DNA of 42,567 nucleotides, from NCBI GenBank assembly GCA_040182905.1, contig JARQWU010000064.1, forward strand, positions 1 through 42,567, written 5' to 3'. Position 1 is the first letter of the stretch; each line of letters starts with the position of its first letter. The stretch comes from Barthelona sp. PAP020. Lineage: Eukaryota. This document shows positions 18,901-29,399 of this stretch, one piece after another. The notes below the pieces were generated by a model, which saw nothing but the letters and a program-made list of their open reading frames with translations, searched no databases and was not told the DNA's origin. The position numbers and the translations under genes are program-made.

Positions 18901-19717
18901 TTAAATTAATAACACAGCATTAATGCACCCATCATTTTCAGGATTATTTGTAACTTGGGCATATTTTGTCCAAACAACTTTTCCAGATGTGGTAACTAAC
19001 CCTAATTCAGCAACATTTACTTCAATAAGGGTACCTTTTGTGATAACACCAAGATTTGTGTAAGTTTGAGATGATGGATTTTTGACTACTTTGATAATAT
19101 CCAAATGAAATGTGGTCTGTAATTCAGGATGTGTAACATGAGCTTTTTTAAATCTCATAGCCATTGGACGAATAAATCTTTCGTATTTAGGCATTTTTCT
19201 AACGAAACCTTCTCCAACAAAGGTAACTTTATCGACTTTTCTTTTCCATTGTTTTTTTTTACGTTTACCAGAACGAATAACTTTAAACACTTCATCATCA
19301 GCCATCGGACGAACTTTTGGAATAGGTACTGAATAATTTCCTGCTTTTTCTTTCCTCTTTTGTTTCAACATGTTAGATAAAGTCTTTCCTCGAGAAACGT
19401 TCTGACGATCCATAAGATAAACAGGTAAAGCAGCATTGGGATCTTGTTCTGGCATTTTTTTCTTTGTATCTTCCATCTTTTGCATATTGACTAATTTCTT
19501 CATTTGGGCTTTTTCCTTTGCTCTTTGTTTGTTAAACATTTTTGCTTTATGTCCAATAAGTGTTTTAGCTTTCTTGGAAATCATATGAGCTTCACGAGCA
19601 GCTTTTTTTCGGTCAACTTCATCTTGATTGAATCTTCGTCCATATCGTTTTTGCCAAAGCTCAATGTAATTATTTTGAGGCTAAATATTAGAATAAATCA
19701 AACAATTCAAATACCAT
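18901..19717 (-). CDS. NSA2: Ribosome biogenesis protein NSA2; exon 1 = ATG only (19715-19717), exon 2 18901-19680
   Basis: The spliced product starts [18 protein letters not shown] (NSA2 MPQN.YIE motif). It contains [36 protein letters not shown] and ends [18 protein letters not shown]. Confidence 0.96.
19681..19714 (-). other. Spliceosomal intron, 34 nt, immediately after the start codon (NSA2)
   Basis: ATG|GTATTTGAATTGTTTGATTTATTCTAATATTTAG|CCT. Its removal gives the conserved MPQN start. Confidence 0.92.
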
Positions 19718-19866
19718 TTTGGAAGAAAAACTAAAAGGAATTTTTCTTTTTGGTTGTTCGTTTCACTTTATTTTTTGTTTTTACAATCTAATAAGTAAAT
19801 AACAATGAATAAACATTGGTTTTTCAAAAGTTTTTTTTAATTTGAATTTTCATTTCTTAAGAAATA

Positions 19867-22800
19867 ATGCCTGAAAATGACAAGGTATTGAAGAAAGGAT
19901 GGCTAAAAAAATACAATCCTCGTTTATTTGGATCAGATTGGCATCGCCGATATTACAAACTCTATCCAGACCAGTTGAATTATTTAAAAGAGGAATTTGA
20001 TCAAAAATATAAGTCTATTAGATTGGATTCGAATGAAGAAAAATGTTCCATCAAAGCTGTGGATAGACCTTTGAGTGGAGAAAGTTTTGTTTTTAAAATT
20101 GAATCTACAATGGATAATGGTGAAGTTAGGATTGTAAATATAGCCTGTGATAGTAAAGAAGAACGAGATGATTGGATATCTGCAATTAAATATCGAAATA
20201 CCACAATTGTTGATCGTCCAAAAGCATCTCCAATAACACTTGATCTTCTGTACACATTAGCTCGTAGTGGTAGTGGATTATATTTGAGTCCTGAATTTTC
20301 CTATTTTAACAATTTGGATCAAATTCTGCTTGAGAAAGAAAAGAAAGCTGCAATGAACTTTAATTATGATTTTGATATGAACCAAAATGATATGAACAGA
20401 CAGGTGTATGGAGATATGTACAATCAACCTAATGAGTATGGGATGATTGAACAACAAGAAGAACCAACATTATCAGATGAGCGTCTTTTCGTTATTTGGG
20501 TTCATGAAGAACAAAATAAATATGAACCTCCAGAATCCTTCAAAGAGTCAGCTTGGAATTATGAGTTTTTAAAACGTAATAAATTTGTGTTTAAAGAAGC
20601 TGATAATGATGCTCTTAACGCATTATTAAATGATGGGATTGATGAACCTACTGAGAATGACATTGAAGAAATGGCCAAAATCATTACTTCTCGCAAAAAA
20701 GTCAAACAAGGTGTTGAGATTATTCAGTATTTGGGAATGTTTTACGCAACAATAAAAGCTACTGTTAGAGAGCTTATTGATGAGTATTGTTTTAGAGTTC
20801 AAGACCATGAAGTTAGCTTTAAACCAAGCAACAACTATGTTGTGACTGTTGGAAACATAAAATATCAAATGTTGAGGAAAGTTGATGGGGTATCAAAGAC
20901 GTACACTCAATATATGCAGGCAATTCAGAACTTTGTCTCATCTCAAGCAGTTTTTGGGGAACAACTTCCTGTTAGTGTACCTCTTCAATCTTTAGTTCAT
21001 TATAAAGGATATTTGGTGAGATGTGAAGCAATAAATAATGTCGAAACAGTTGTTTATGGATTACATGACAATGATTTTATGCGTGATGTTGATGTTGAAA
21101 TTCATTTAGAAAGATTGCGTTCTCGTTTGAATCTTCGAGAGCACAATATTGTGGGATCTTTTGGAACGGTTCCAGTTAAGTTGAATTGTACTGCAAATGT
21201 ATTTAAAGTTGATTATCAACAACGTTCTCGAAACGTCAATGAGGATCTTCCCACAACAGCTTACTTTTTGCGCAATTTGGAATTGTTATTCCCAATTGAA
21301 TCTGGCTTACTCACTCGTGGAGATGGGTTGGACCTGTTATCCCACCGTTTTCGACCAGAATTTGTTGAAAATTTTTGTAAGCCACTTTCTTCCGATTATA
21401 TGTTAGGTTTGGAAGCAAATGATGAAGAACGTATTGATATCAACCAAACTTGTGAAGAAGCATCCAGATCCGTTTTTGAAAATGTCATTCCCAGTTATGT
21501 TCGCAAATTGAATATGTTAGAAGAGTATCCCATTGATTCAAGAACCCTAAAACGCAGTCTTCGGAAAAATGGTCTTACCTGTGAACACATTGGGTATATC
21601 ATGCAACAAGATCTACTGCCACATCTGTATACATTATTTGTTGTTGAAATGGTAGCTCTTGTTGCAAATGATCTTCTTCAACACATATTGCCTTCCAACC
21701 AAAGTGAGTGGAGGGGTTTATACGCCAACGTTACTCTTCAATCTAATCCTGGTAATCAAATGAACATTCATGAAGATTTTGAAGATGATGAAACTCATGA
21801 AAATTTTGATGATGACATGAATGCTGGAATGAATTTTGATCCTTTTTTCATGGAAGTAGATGCAAGACTGAAAGATGAAGAAATGATTGATGTTACAGAT
21901 TCAAATTATAATATGCAAAAAAGAATCATTCATTTTGATAAACTTTTACGTTCTGCATATGTAGCATTTTTTAACATTATGCTTGGTTATGATGTTGCTC
22001 AGGCTAGCTTCTATGAGCATAGAATTATTCCTGCAATTGAAAAACGGTTTAATTACACTTTAAATATGGACATTATTCGAAGTATTCCAGCCGGTCAATT
22101 GTTCATTGCTTTACAATATCATAGTGGTGCAATATTCACAGACATTGACAATCAGGAGTTTAAATTCTTCAACAAAAGTGTGCCAGAACCAATAGATGAG
22201 GCTCACTTATTGCGCATTGATCCCATTGTTGACAAATTATTGCCAACAAATAATGAATTGATGTTAAGTAGCAATCAAGATTCTATTGAAGCATATATGC
22301 GCAAGAATGATTGGGAAAGTGTTTTGGAAGCTCTCAATCATCAATTAACAATTATAAGACATCTTGATGGAATAGATAATCCTGATGCTGTTGAAATTTT
22401 ATATAATCTGGGAAAGTTATATTTGGAACATCCATATGATTTCCAAATGAACCTAGATCATTCCAAAATGTATGCTTCTGCTGCTCTGGCAACTGAACGT
22501 AGATTTTGTGCACCTACTGGACGTGTTTATATCTTGCTTATGCGAATTTACAGTGCACTTGGAGATTTCACTCAAGCTTCATATTGTTATGAGTATGCAA
22601 AGCGAGTTTTGACATGGTCTTTGGGTATGGAGCACCCTCTTCTTATTGAAGCAGAAGCAGCTCGTGCTAGTGTCTTTGAACATGAAAACCTCATTGAAAA
22701 GTATGAATTACATTTCAATCGTGTAATGACTCAATGTCGCAGAATTTTAGGGCGTAATCATCCTGTTACAGCTGATTATTGTATAAAATTTGGTAATTTA

Positions 22801-23574
22801 TGCATGAAACAGCATGATTATACCAATGCAATTCATAATTTTAATGAAGCGCTTGCTATTCTCATAAATACACAATTACCAAGGGCTAATGCATTATTCC
22901 ATCTTGCAGAAGCACATATTGGGGAGAATAAGTTTGAGAAAGCTCTGACATTCTGTGAAGAAGCAGGCAAAATTAGAAAGAATGAATATGGTGATCAAAG
23001 TTTCCGCAAAAAGGTTGTTTTGGATTCAATTATGCAAAGAGCACTTATTCTTGAACGAATGGAGAGATTTGATGAAGCAATTGCCAATCAACAGGAAGTG
23101 CTTGATCATCACAAAAGAAATTTCAAGCATGTCGATGAAACCCTTGAAAGAGAATACAGATGGCATGTTTCAGAAATTAGGTCTATCATTCGAAGCATTA
23201 TCAAATTGAAATTTAAAACTCTGAATAGACAGCGAAATCGTGTTGTTGAACGTGTTAGACAACGAGATGAAAAACAAGACGAAGATATGGTTAATTTAGT
23301 CACAAATGACTTGATTCGTACACGTAGTGTTGCAGATCTTGTCGTAAGATACATCGATCTTGCCAATTCTGGTGATTTGGATATCGTTGAAAAACTTTCA
23401 GTTATCATTCATTTGGTTGATGATTTTGAAATTTCTTTCCGTCCTTTCGAAGAACGTTCAATCAATTTCAACACATATTCACAAATTCCCGCATCACCGA
23501 TAAACCAAATGAATCAATCCCTGCCAATGTCACCTGTGCCAATGTCACCTAATATGACACATTACACACATTAA
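19867..23574 (+). CDS. PH + Clu-domain + TPR protein
   Basis: N-terminal PH domain (KKGWLKK..WHRRYYKL..ERDDWISAI). Clu-like motifs HRFRPEFV, PIDSRTL...LRKNG and EMVA. Kinesin-light-chain-like TPRs (LGMEHP, ILGRNHPVTA). Confidence 0.8.
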   Translation: MPENDKVLKKGWLKKYNPRLFGSDWHRRYYKLYPDQLNYLKEEFDQKYKSIRLDSNEEKCSIKAVDRPLSGESFVFKIESTMDNGEVRIVNIACDSKEERDDWISAIKYRNTTIVDRPKASPITLDLLYTLARSGSGLYLSPEFSYFNNLDQILLEKEKKAAMNFNYDFDMNQNDMNRQVYGDMYNQPNEYGMIEQQEEPTLSDERLFVIWVHEEQNKYEPPESFKESAWNYEFLKRNKFVFKEADNDALNALLNDGIDEPTENDIEEMAKIITSRKKVKQGVEIIQYLGMFYATIKATVRELIDEYCFRVQDHEVSFKPSNNYVVTVGNIKYQMLRKVDGVSKTYTQYMQAIQNFVSSQAVFGEQLPVSVPLQSLVHYKGYLVRCEAINNVETVVYGLHDNDFMRDVDVEIHLERLRSRLNLREHNIVGSFGTVPVKLNCTANVFKVDYQQRSRNVNEDLPTTAYFLRNLELLFPIESGLLTRGDGLDLLSHRFRPEFVENFCKPLSSDYMLGLEANDEERIDINQTCEEASRSVFENVIPSYVRKLNMLEEYPIDSRTLKRSLRKNGLTCEHIGYIMQQDLLPHLYTLFVVEMVALVANDLLQHILPSNQSEWRGLYANVTLQSNPGNQMNIHEDFEDDETHENFDDDMNAGMNFDPFFMEVDARLKDEEMIDVTDSNYNMQKRIIHFDKLLRSAYVAFFNIMLGYDVAQASFYEHRIIPAIEKRFNYTLNMDIIRSIPAGQLFIALQYHSGAIFTDIDNQEFKFFNKSVPEPIDEAHLLRIDPIVDKLLPTNNELMLSSNQDSIEAYMRKNDWESVLEALNHQLTIIRHLDGIDNPDAVEILYNLGKLYLEHPYDFQMNLDHSKMYASAALATERRFCAPTGRVYILLMRIYSALGDFTQASYCYEYAKRVLTWSLGMEHPLLIEAEAARASVFEHENLIEKYELHFNRVMTQCRRILGRNHPVTADYCIKFGNLCMKQHDYTNAIHNFNEALAILINTQLPRANALFHLAEAHIGENKFEKALTFCEEAGKIRKNEYGDQSFRKKVVLDSIMQRALILERMERFDEAIANQQEVLDHHKRNFKHVDETLEREYRWHVSEIRSIIRSIIKLKFKTLNRQRNRVVERVRQRDEKQDEDMVNLVTNDLIRTRSVADLVVRYIDLANSGDLDIVEKLSVIIHLVDDFEISFRPFEERSINFNTYSQIPASPINQMNQSLPMSPVPMSPNMTHYTH

Positions 23575-23750
23575 TATAAATGTATTTCATTTTAAAGCCT
23601 ATTGCTCTGTTTTCATTTTTTATTTGTAAAACCAAAAAGTGTATTTTGTTTAATAAGACTAAAAAGATTTCAGTTTGAACCTTGCTGTTTCAATAATTAT
23701 CAGAAATTCAGTGCTATGAAAAATCGACTTCACATATTTTTTTTTTTAGT

Positions 23751-26693
23751 ATGAGTCAACCCATTGAAGAAATTGATGCTGATTTATATTCACGTCAAAT
23801 ATTTGCTGTTGGATTGGAAACAATGAAAAAACTTGCATCATCCAGAGTTTTAATTTGTGGATGTACTGCTTTAGGTATTGAAACAGCCAAAAATGTGATT
23901 CTTGCAGGTGTTAAGAAAGTGTACATTCATGATGATACGTTGTTGGAGATATTTGATTTATCATCTAATTTCTTTGCTTCTGCAAAAGATATCGGCAAGC
24001 GTAAAAGTGAAGTTGTTGCTAATAAACTTCGTGAACTTAATCCTTATTGTGAATTTGGTATTGTTTCTGGAGATCTTGTTGAATCAAAGATTTGTGAATA
24101 TGATATGGTTGTTTTGACAAATCATACACATTCAGAAATAACAAGAATTTCCCGTATTACAAGTTCACATGGAATTAAACTTATTTTTGCAAATGTTCGT
24201 GGTGTTATGTGTCGTTTGTTCAATGATTTTGGCAAAGACTTTGTTGTTGTAGATGCTGATGATCAAGCTCCACAAGAGGGAGTTATTGCTCATGTGTCAA
24301 ATCAAAAAGAATGTGAAATTACCGTTATTGATGAAGAACCATTTTTAATATCTGACGGTGCTACTGTTGAGATTAAGCATGTTCAAGGCCCAAATATAAA
24401 TGGTGTTCATGTTGTCAAACGTCTTGGACCTTATCAATTTTCAATCCCTGTTGACACATCCAATGAACCTAAATATATGCGTGGTGGTTATGCATATGAA
24501 GTGAAGTTACCTGTTACTGTTAATTTTGATGCATATCATACGTTAGAAAACTTACCAAGCACATTCTTCATTGGTTGTCAAATTGATTCTGAATCAGTTG
24601 GGGAAATAATGAGGGCACAAGATGCTATTATTGATGAAGGAATTACATTCCGTGATGTTCATCCAGATGCTAATTCATATGAGGCACTTCTTGATCAGTT
24701 TAAGTCTCAAGTCAAAGTTGAGATCAGTGATGATGTTTTGGAAAGGATTTTTATTTCTATGTTCTCAGAGTTAGCTCCAATGACTGGTTTTTGGGGAGGT
24801 ATTGTTGCTCAAGAAATTATGAAGGGTCTCAGTGGCAAATATATGCCTGTTATGCAATTTGTTGGATATGCAGATATTCATCATTTCCCACGTGCTCCTG
24901 TTTCGGAACTTGACCTCAAACCTCGTGGAAGTCGTTATGATGCTCAAGCTATGGTTATTGGTTGGGAAAATAATGAACGTATTTTTAATTCAAAGTATTT
25001 CCTTGTTGGTGCTGGTGCCATTGGTTGTGAAGTTATTAAAAATCTAGGAATGATGGGACTTGCCACTGGTCCTGATGGTCATCTTTGGGTTACTGATATG
25101 GACACAATTGAAAAGTCCAATCTTTCAAGACAATTCCTCTTCCGTGAAAGTGATATTGGTAAATCTAAATCTGAGTGTGCTTCTCACAAGGTTATTGAAA
25201 TGAATCCTGAACTTGAAGGAAAAATTACTACTATGACTGATCCTGTTGGATCTAAAACTGAAAATATTTTCACAGAATCATTTTGGGAAAATTTAGACGG
25301 CATTTGTAATGCACTTGATAATGTTGAAGCTCGTCTTTACACTGATTCAAAAGCAGTTTTATTTGGTAAACCACTTATGGAATCTGGAACACTTGGAACC
25401 CAAGGTAATACTCAAATTGTTGTTCCATTCCTTACTAAATCATATGGAGACACTTCTGACAGTCCTGAAGCAGGTATTCCTCTTTGCACTGTTCACAATT
25501 TCCCACATAATATTGACCATTGCATTGAATGGGTTCGTTCCGAATTTCAGGGAACTTTTACATCTACCGGTGAAATCTTGTCCAAATTTGCCAAAGATCG
25601 TGACACATTGTTTAATGTGAAACCTGAAGAACGTCGTCAAGCTTTTGATGATTTAAAAGTTGTTCTTGAAAATTGTGTCGAACATCCTATTTGCACCTTT
25701 GCAGATTGTGTCAACTGGGCTTTCCTTCTTTTCAATGAGTGGTTTACAGCTAAAATGAAAAATATTCTTCACTTTTATCCTGCTGACCACAAACACCCTT
25801 CTGGTCTTCCTTATTGGTCTGGATCCAAACGTTGTCCAATTGTTATCAATTTTGATCCTTCAAATGAGTTGCATGTTCAATTTATCACTTCTGCTGCCAA
25901 ATTAAAAGCTGAAGTACATAACATTGAACCTACTGATGATATTGATTTCAATTTTGAAATGCCTGAGTGGTCTGCTCCTGCCTCTTTTGTGCTTGCTGAT
26001 AATGAGGATGATTTGAAAGCAAGTGGACATGTGTCAAAGAAAGATTTCAAAACTCTTGTTGAGCGTGTTGCTGAAATTGAAGCGCCTAGTGTTAATATTG
26101 TTGAATTTGACAAAGACTTTAAGCTTCACATGCTTTTCATGCATGCTGCATCAAATATTCGTGCAGAAAACTATGATATTCCATCAATTGAGCTTCTTGA
26201 ATGTACAAAGATTGCTGGTAAGATTATTCCTGCTATGGTCACTACCACTGCCCTTGTATCTGGTTTCATTAATTGTGAACTTTACAAACTTGTTGAAGGA
26301 CGTGATGATGTTGAACAATACAGTTGTTATTGGGGTAATCTTGCAAATCCTCTTTTGATTCGTTCTGAACCTGAACCTGCTCAAGTCTTTGAAGCATACA
26401 ATGGTGAAAAAATAAGTTCATGGAACAGTATAATTTTTGAAAAGGTCAATCCTACACTTGATGAAGTTATGAAGTTCTTCCCTTTTGAGATATTTATGGT
26501 CAATTATGGTAAAAAGATATTGTACATGGATTTCAATGCTTCTCACAAAGAACGTCTTTCAAAGACTATTGTTGAACTATACGAGTGTATTATGGAAGAA
26601 CCTATTCCAGAATATTTGTCTTACATTGATTTGGTTATTGCTCCTGCTGAAGATGGTATTATTGTACCATTGATTCGTGTTCCTGTGAAGTAG
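23751..26693 (+). CDS. UBA1: Ubiquitin-activating enzyme E1
   Basis: Motifs LYSRQI, LVGAGAIGCE, DMDTIEKSNLSRQFLFR, NALDNVEAR.Y.D, ESGTLGTQG, catalytic IPLCTVHNFP and IAGKIIPAMVTTTA. Confidence 0.97.
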   Translation: MSQPIEEIDADLYSRQIFAVGLETMKKLASSRVLICGCTALGIETAKNVILAGVKKVYIHDDTLLEIFDLSSNFFASAKDIGKRKSEVVANKLRELNPYCEFGIVSGDLVESKICEYDMVVLTNHTHSEITRISRITSSHGIKLIFANVRGVMCRLFNDFGKDFVVVDADDQAPQEGVIAHVSNQKECEITVIDEEPFLISDGATVEIKHVQGPNINGVHVVKRLGPYQFSIPVDTSNEPKYMRGGYAYEVKLPVTVNFDAYHTLENLPSTFFIGCQIDSESVGEIMRAQDAIIDEGITFRDVHPDANSYEALLDQFKSQVKVEISDDVLERIFISMFSELAPMTGFWGGIVAQEIMKGLSGKYMPVMQFVGYADIHHFPRAPVSELDLKPRGSRYDAQAMVIGWENNERIFNSKYFLVGAGAIGCEVIKNLGMMGLATGPDGHLWVTDMDTIEKSNLSRQFLFRESDIGKSKSECASHKVIEMNPELEGKITTMTDPVGSKTENIFTESFWENLDGICNALDNVEARLYTDSKAVLFGKPLMESGTLGTQGNTQIVVPFLTKSYGDTSDSPEAGIPLCTVHNFPHNIDHCIEWVRSEFQGTFTSTGEILSKFAKDRDTLFNVKPEERRQAFDDLKVVLENCVEHPICTFADCVNWAFLLFNEWFTAKMKNILHFYPADHKHPSGLPYWSGSKRCPIVINFDPSNELHVQFITSAAKLKAEVHNIEPTDDIDFNFEMPEWSAPASFVLADNEDDLKASGHVSKKDFKTLVERVAEIEAPSVNIVEFDKDFKLHMLFMHAASNIRAENYDIPSIELLECTKIAGKIIPAMVTTTALVSGFINCELYKLVEGRDDVEQYSCYWGNLANPLLIRSEPEPAQVFEAYNGEKISSWNSIIFEKVNPTLDEVMKFFPFEIFMVNYGKKILYMDFNASHKERLSKTIVELYECIMEEPIPEYLSYIDLVIAPAEDGIIVPLIRVPVK

Positions 26694-26838
26694 AATATGT
26701 AATGTAAATATTTGTGTTCGTTTTTTGCTTTTGACTCAGAGTTTACGTAATTGTTTGGGAATTTAGACTTGAACTTACAAGCTGAAAGTTTTTCAATTGA
26801 GAAATAAAAAAAGAAAATAATTTTACAAAAAAACTTGA

Positions 26839-27843
26839 CTAAAAATAACTGTCTTCTTCAAAAGACTCATTGTTATTTGATTCTTTGATGTTGTTGAAGC
26901 CCAAAGGAATCTCTTCCAAAATTTCTCTGATTATATCTGCACCAGGAAGATCAGGCGCTATTTCTGAAGCCACCAACTCTAAACTTTGCAATTTATCAAA
27001 ATAAAAATCTCTTTCCGCTTGAATTCTTTGAATATCTTCTGTTCTTTTTCTTGATGCTTCACTCATCAAAAATAATTCTGTCTTTAGATCGGACAATAAA
27101 TTTTTTAAATCTTCAGCAGCTAATCCATCAATATAAGGAGAAAAAGGGGATTGGAAAGCTTTAGAGTTTTGAGAATTTAAAAAATTTGGAGATTTTGATT
27201 CCCCCATTTTCTTTAAATCATCTTCAAAACTTTTTGGAATGGTTAATAATGGTGTTGAAATGGTTTCTTCCTCAATTTCATTTTCATTTTCCTTTTCAAA
27301 CGATATTTCATCAATTGAAGACTCTTCAGACCCATATGCTTTGTTTGATGGTGAAGAGGCAGTAAGTTCACTCAAAAATTTGGATGAGTTCAATTTCTCT
27401 TGAATTCTTGGATCTGGAGGTAACAAATTGGAATTTAATTCAAATTTTCCACCAGAAGCCCGAGAGGCAAGATATCGGACTTTTAAAGCATCATAATTTG
27501 GAGGACCTTGCGACAACAAAATGTCCCAAATCCAAGATAAACAATCATAATGCGCAACACGTTTGCCTTGAACCAAATCATCCAATTTAATGTCCAAAGG
27601 AACAGATAAATGATGATGATTGCACTGTCTGAAAAACGATTTAATATTTCTTTCTCGATCAGATTCTTTTTTCGGATTCCAATCGCATTGTGATAATTTC
27701 ATTTTTTGTCCTTTAGAAGTGACAAAACTGTCCAATAGTAACAAATATGCACAACCATCTGCAAAATCTTGAATCGATATATAATCTGTTTGTAAATAGT
27801 TATTGACATCTGATATTAACTGCCACTTTGATAATTTTGGCAT
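26839..27843 (-). CDS. EB1: EB1/MAPRE-family microtubule plus-end protein
   Basis: N-terminal CH-like domain (DGCAYLLLLD), EBH motif ERDFYFDKLQSLE and an acidic-aromatic tail EEDSYF. Confidence 0.82.
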   Translation of the reverse strand: MPKLSKWQLISDVNNYLQTDYISIQDFADGCAYLLLLDSFVTSKGQKMKLSQCDWNPKKESDRERNIKSFFRQCNHHHLSVPLDIKLDDLVQGKRVAHYDCLSWIWDILLSQGPPNYDALKVRYLASRASGGKFELNSNLLPPDPRIQEKLNSSKFLSELTASSPSNKAYGSEESSIDEISFEKENENEIEEETISTPLLTIPKSFEDDLKKMGESKSPNFLNSQNSKAFQSPFSPYIDGLAAEDLKNLLSDLKTELFLMSEASRKRTEDIQRIQAERDFYFDKLQSLELVASEIAPDLPGADIIREILEEIPLGFNNIKESNNNESFEEDSYF

Positions 27844-27904
27844 TTAAAACATTGAAAAAAAGAATTGATGTTTTAACTTTTTTGACAAAAACAATTCTTT
27901 GGTT

Positions 27905-28777
27905 ATGAAATGCATTATTCCTGAATCAAAACAAAGATCAAGATCTCAAAAAACCTTTTCTGCAAATGATACAAATATTAAAATGAGATTAGGTGATATT
28001 CGCAGATTAGAGCTTGAAAAACTTGAAAAAGAAAATAGAATACGAATTTTAGAGTCAAAAGAAGAACATTTGAGGAAAAAAATTGACCTTAAAACAAAGA
28101 AATTAATTAAAAGGAATGAAGTTCGCTATTTAAAAAGACAAGCTGAAAAACGAGTTGAAAAATTTAAAATCCTTCAGGAAAGAAATGTAAATGAGAACAA
28201 ACGAAAGTCCAAATTAATGCAAGAGGAGATTGAAAGAAACAAAGAAGAATCTCTAAGGAATTTATTTGAAATTAAACGGTCAAAAATGAAAGAAACTCGA
28301 GAAGAATCCAATAAATTAAATAAATTTAGAAATTTAAGAGATGAAGAGAACTTGGCTAAAAATAACAGAATAAAATTTCAAAGACAGGAACAGACTGAAA
28401 TGTGGATAGCAAGGAAAGATATGGAAAAAAGAATTGCAAAGCTTTATGACACGGAAAAGAAAGGACAATTTATTGTTGAAATTTCAAAAAGAAGCAATGA
28501 TTTGCTCAATGATATAAATAAGTTGGAAACCAAAGAATCTCTATTGGTGGCAAAATTAAACACATTATTTGCTCAAGAAAAAGCAAAAGAAGCAATCATT
28601 TTTTCAGAGAACACACACATCAATCATGAACATTCTGTTTTAAACAATGATTTTGATTTTAAAAAGAAGAATCCAAAACTCAAGTTAATTCGAAAATTTG
28701 CGAAGAATTCAGAAATTTCCAAAACAAATCTTGCTAATTTTAAAAAGTTTTGGAAAAAAAGAAGTTGTGGAGGATAG
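27905..28777 (+). CDS. Basic coiled-coil protein, paralog of 8117-9013
   Basis: First ATG at 27905. Motifs ENRIRILESKEEHLRKKI, EEIERNK, NRIKFQR and KRSNDL. Confidence 0.75.
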   Translation: MKCIIPESKQRSRSQKTFSANDTNIKMRLGDIRRLELEKLEKENRIRILESKEEHLRKKIDLKTKKLIKRNEVRYLKRQAEKRVEKFKILQERNVNENKRKSKLMQEEIERNKEESLRNLFEIKRSKMKETREESNKLNKFRNLRDEENLAKNNRIKFQRQEQTEMWIARKDMEKRIAKLYDTEKKGQFIVEISKRSNDLLNDINKLETKESLLVAKLNTLFAQEKAKEAIIFSENTHINHEHSVLNNDFDFKKKNPKLKLIRKFAKNSEISKTNLANFKKFWKKRSCGG

Positions 28778-29192
28778 TTCCCCCTCTTTAAAAGAACTAT
28801 TTACATTGGTCTTTTCTTCTTTCTTTTGGAAGTTATTTATATTAGTTTTAGTCTTAGCAAGGGGTTCCAAAAGATTATTTTATAAGTTTTTAATTATTTT
28901 TTGCACACAATCAGCATAAATGATAAAATGTATGTCGCTATCATTTTAAACGTACCTGCCTGGAATTGAATAAAGGAAGATTGTTTTTTTTTTTACTAAT
29001 ACACTCATTCAACTTGAAATTCCACAAAATTTTTGAAATATGACAAAGAAAAACAAAAGGCAAATAATATTTATTTATTTAATAAATTATTATGGGTAAT
29101 ACATAAGTGTAAGCGCATTTTATTGCATATATTAAATATATTGTGTTGACAAACACAAATTATACAATAAAAATTTGATGAACAAAAAATTT

Positions 29193-29399
29193 TTAAATCC
29201 ATTCATAAGTTCTGATAGAGTTTTCAATATTAATTTCCTCAATCAGTTCGTTGGCAAATGCTATTTGAGCAAGTTTAAATTCTTCTATTCTGTCATAATA
29301 TGGCTGAATAATAGAATCAGCAATAGAATCAGAATAATCTTGTGAATCATTTTCATTTTCACTATCTGAATGCTGAACAACTGTGTCGTATTGTGACAT
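29193..29399 (-). CDS. Small acidic hypothetical protein (68 aa)
   Basis: The ORF is less AT-rich than its flanks and has a T-rich upstream context. No family recognised. Confidence 0.5.
   Translation of the reverse strand: MSQYDTVVQHSDSENENDSQDYSDSIADSIIQPYYDRIEEFKLAQIAFANELIEEINIENSIRTYEWI

Noticed and set aside
28915..28965. AAATGATA...TATCATTT hairpin and ACGTACCTG as a SECIS element, U1 5' end or trans-splicing donor
   Set aside because: There is no GA/GA quartet, U1 stem-loops or Sm site, and no upstream exon or matching CTAA-N5-AG acceptor was found.
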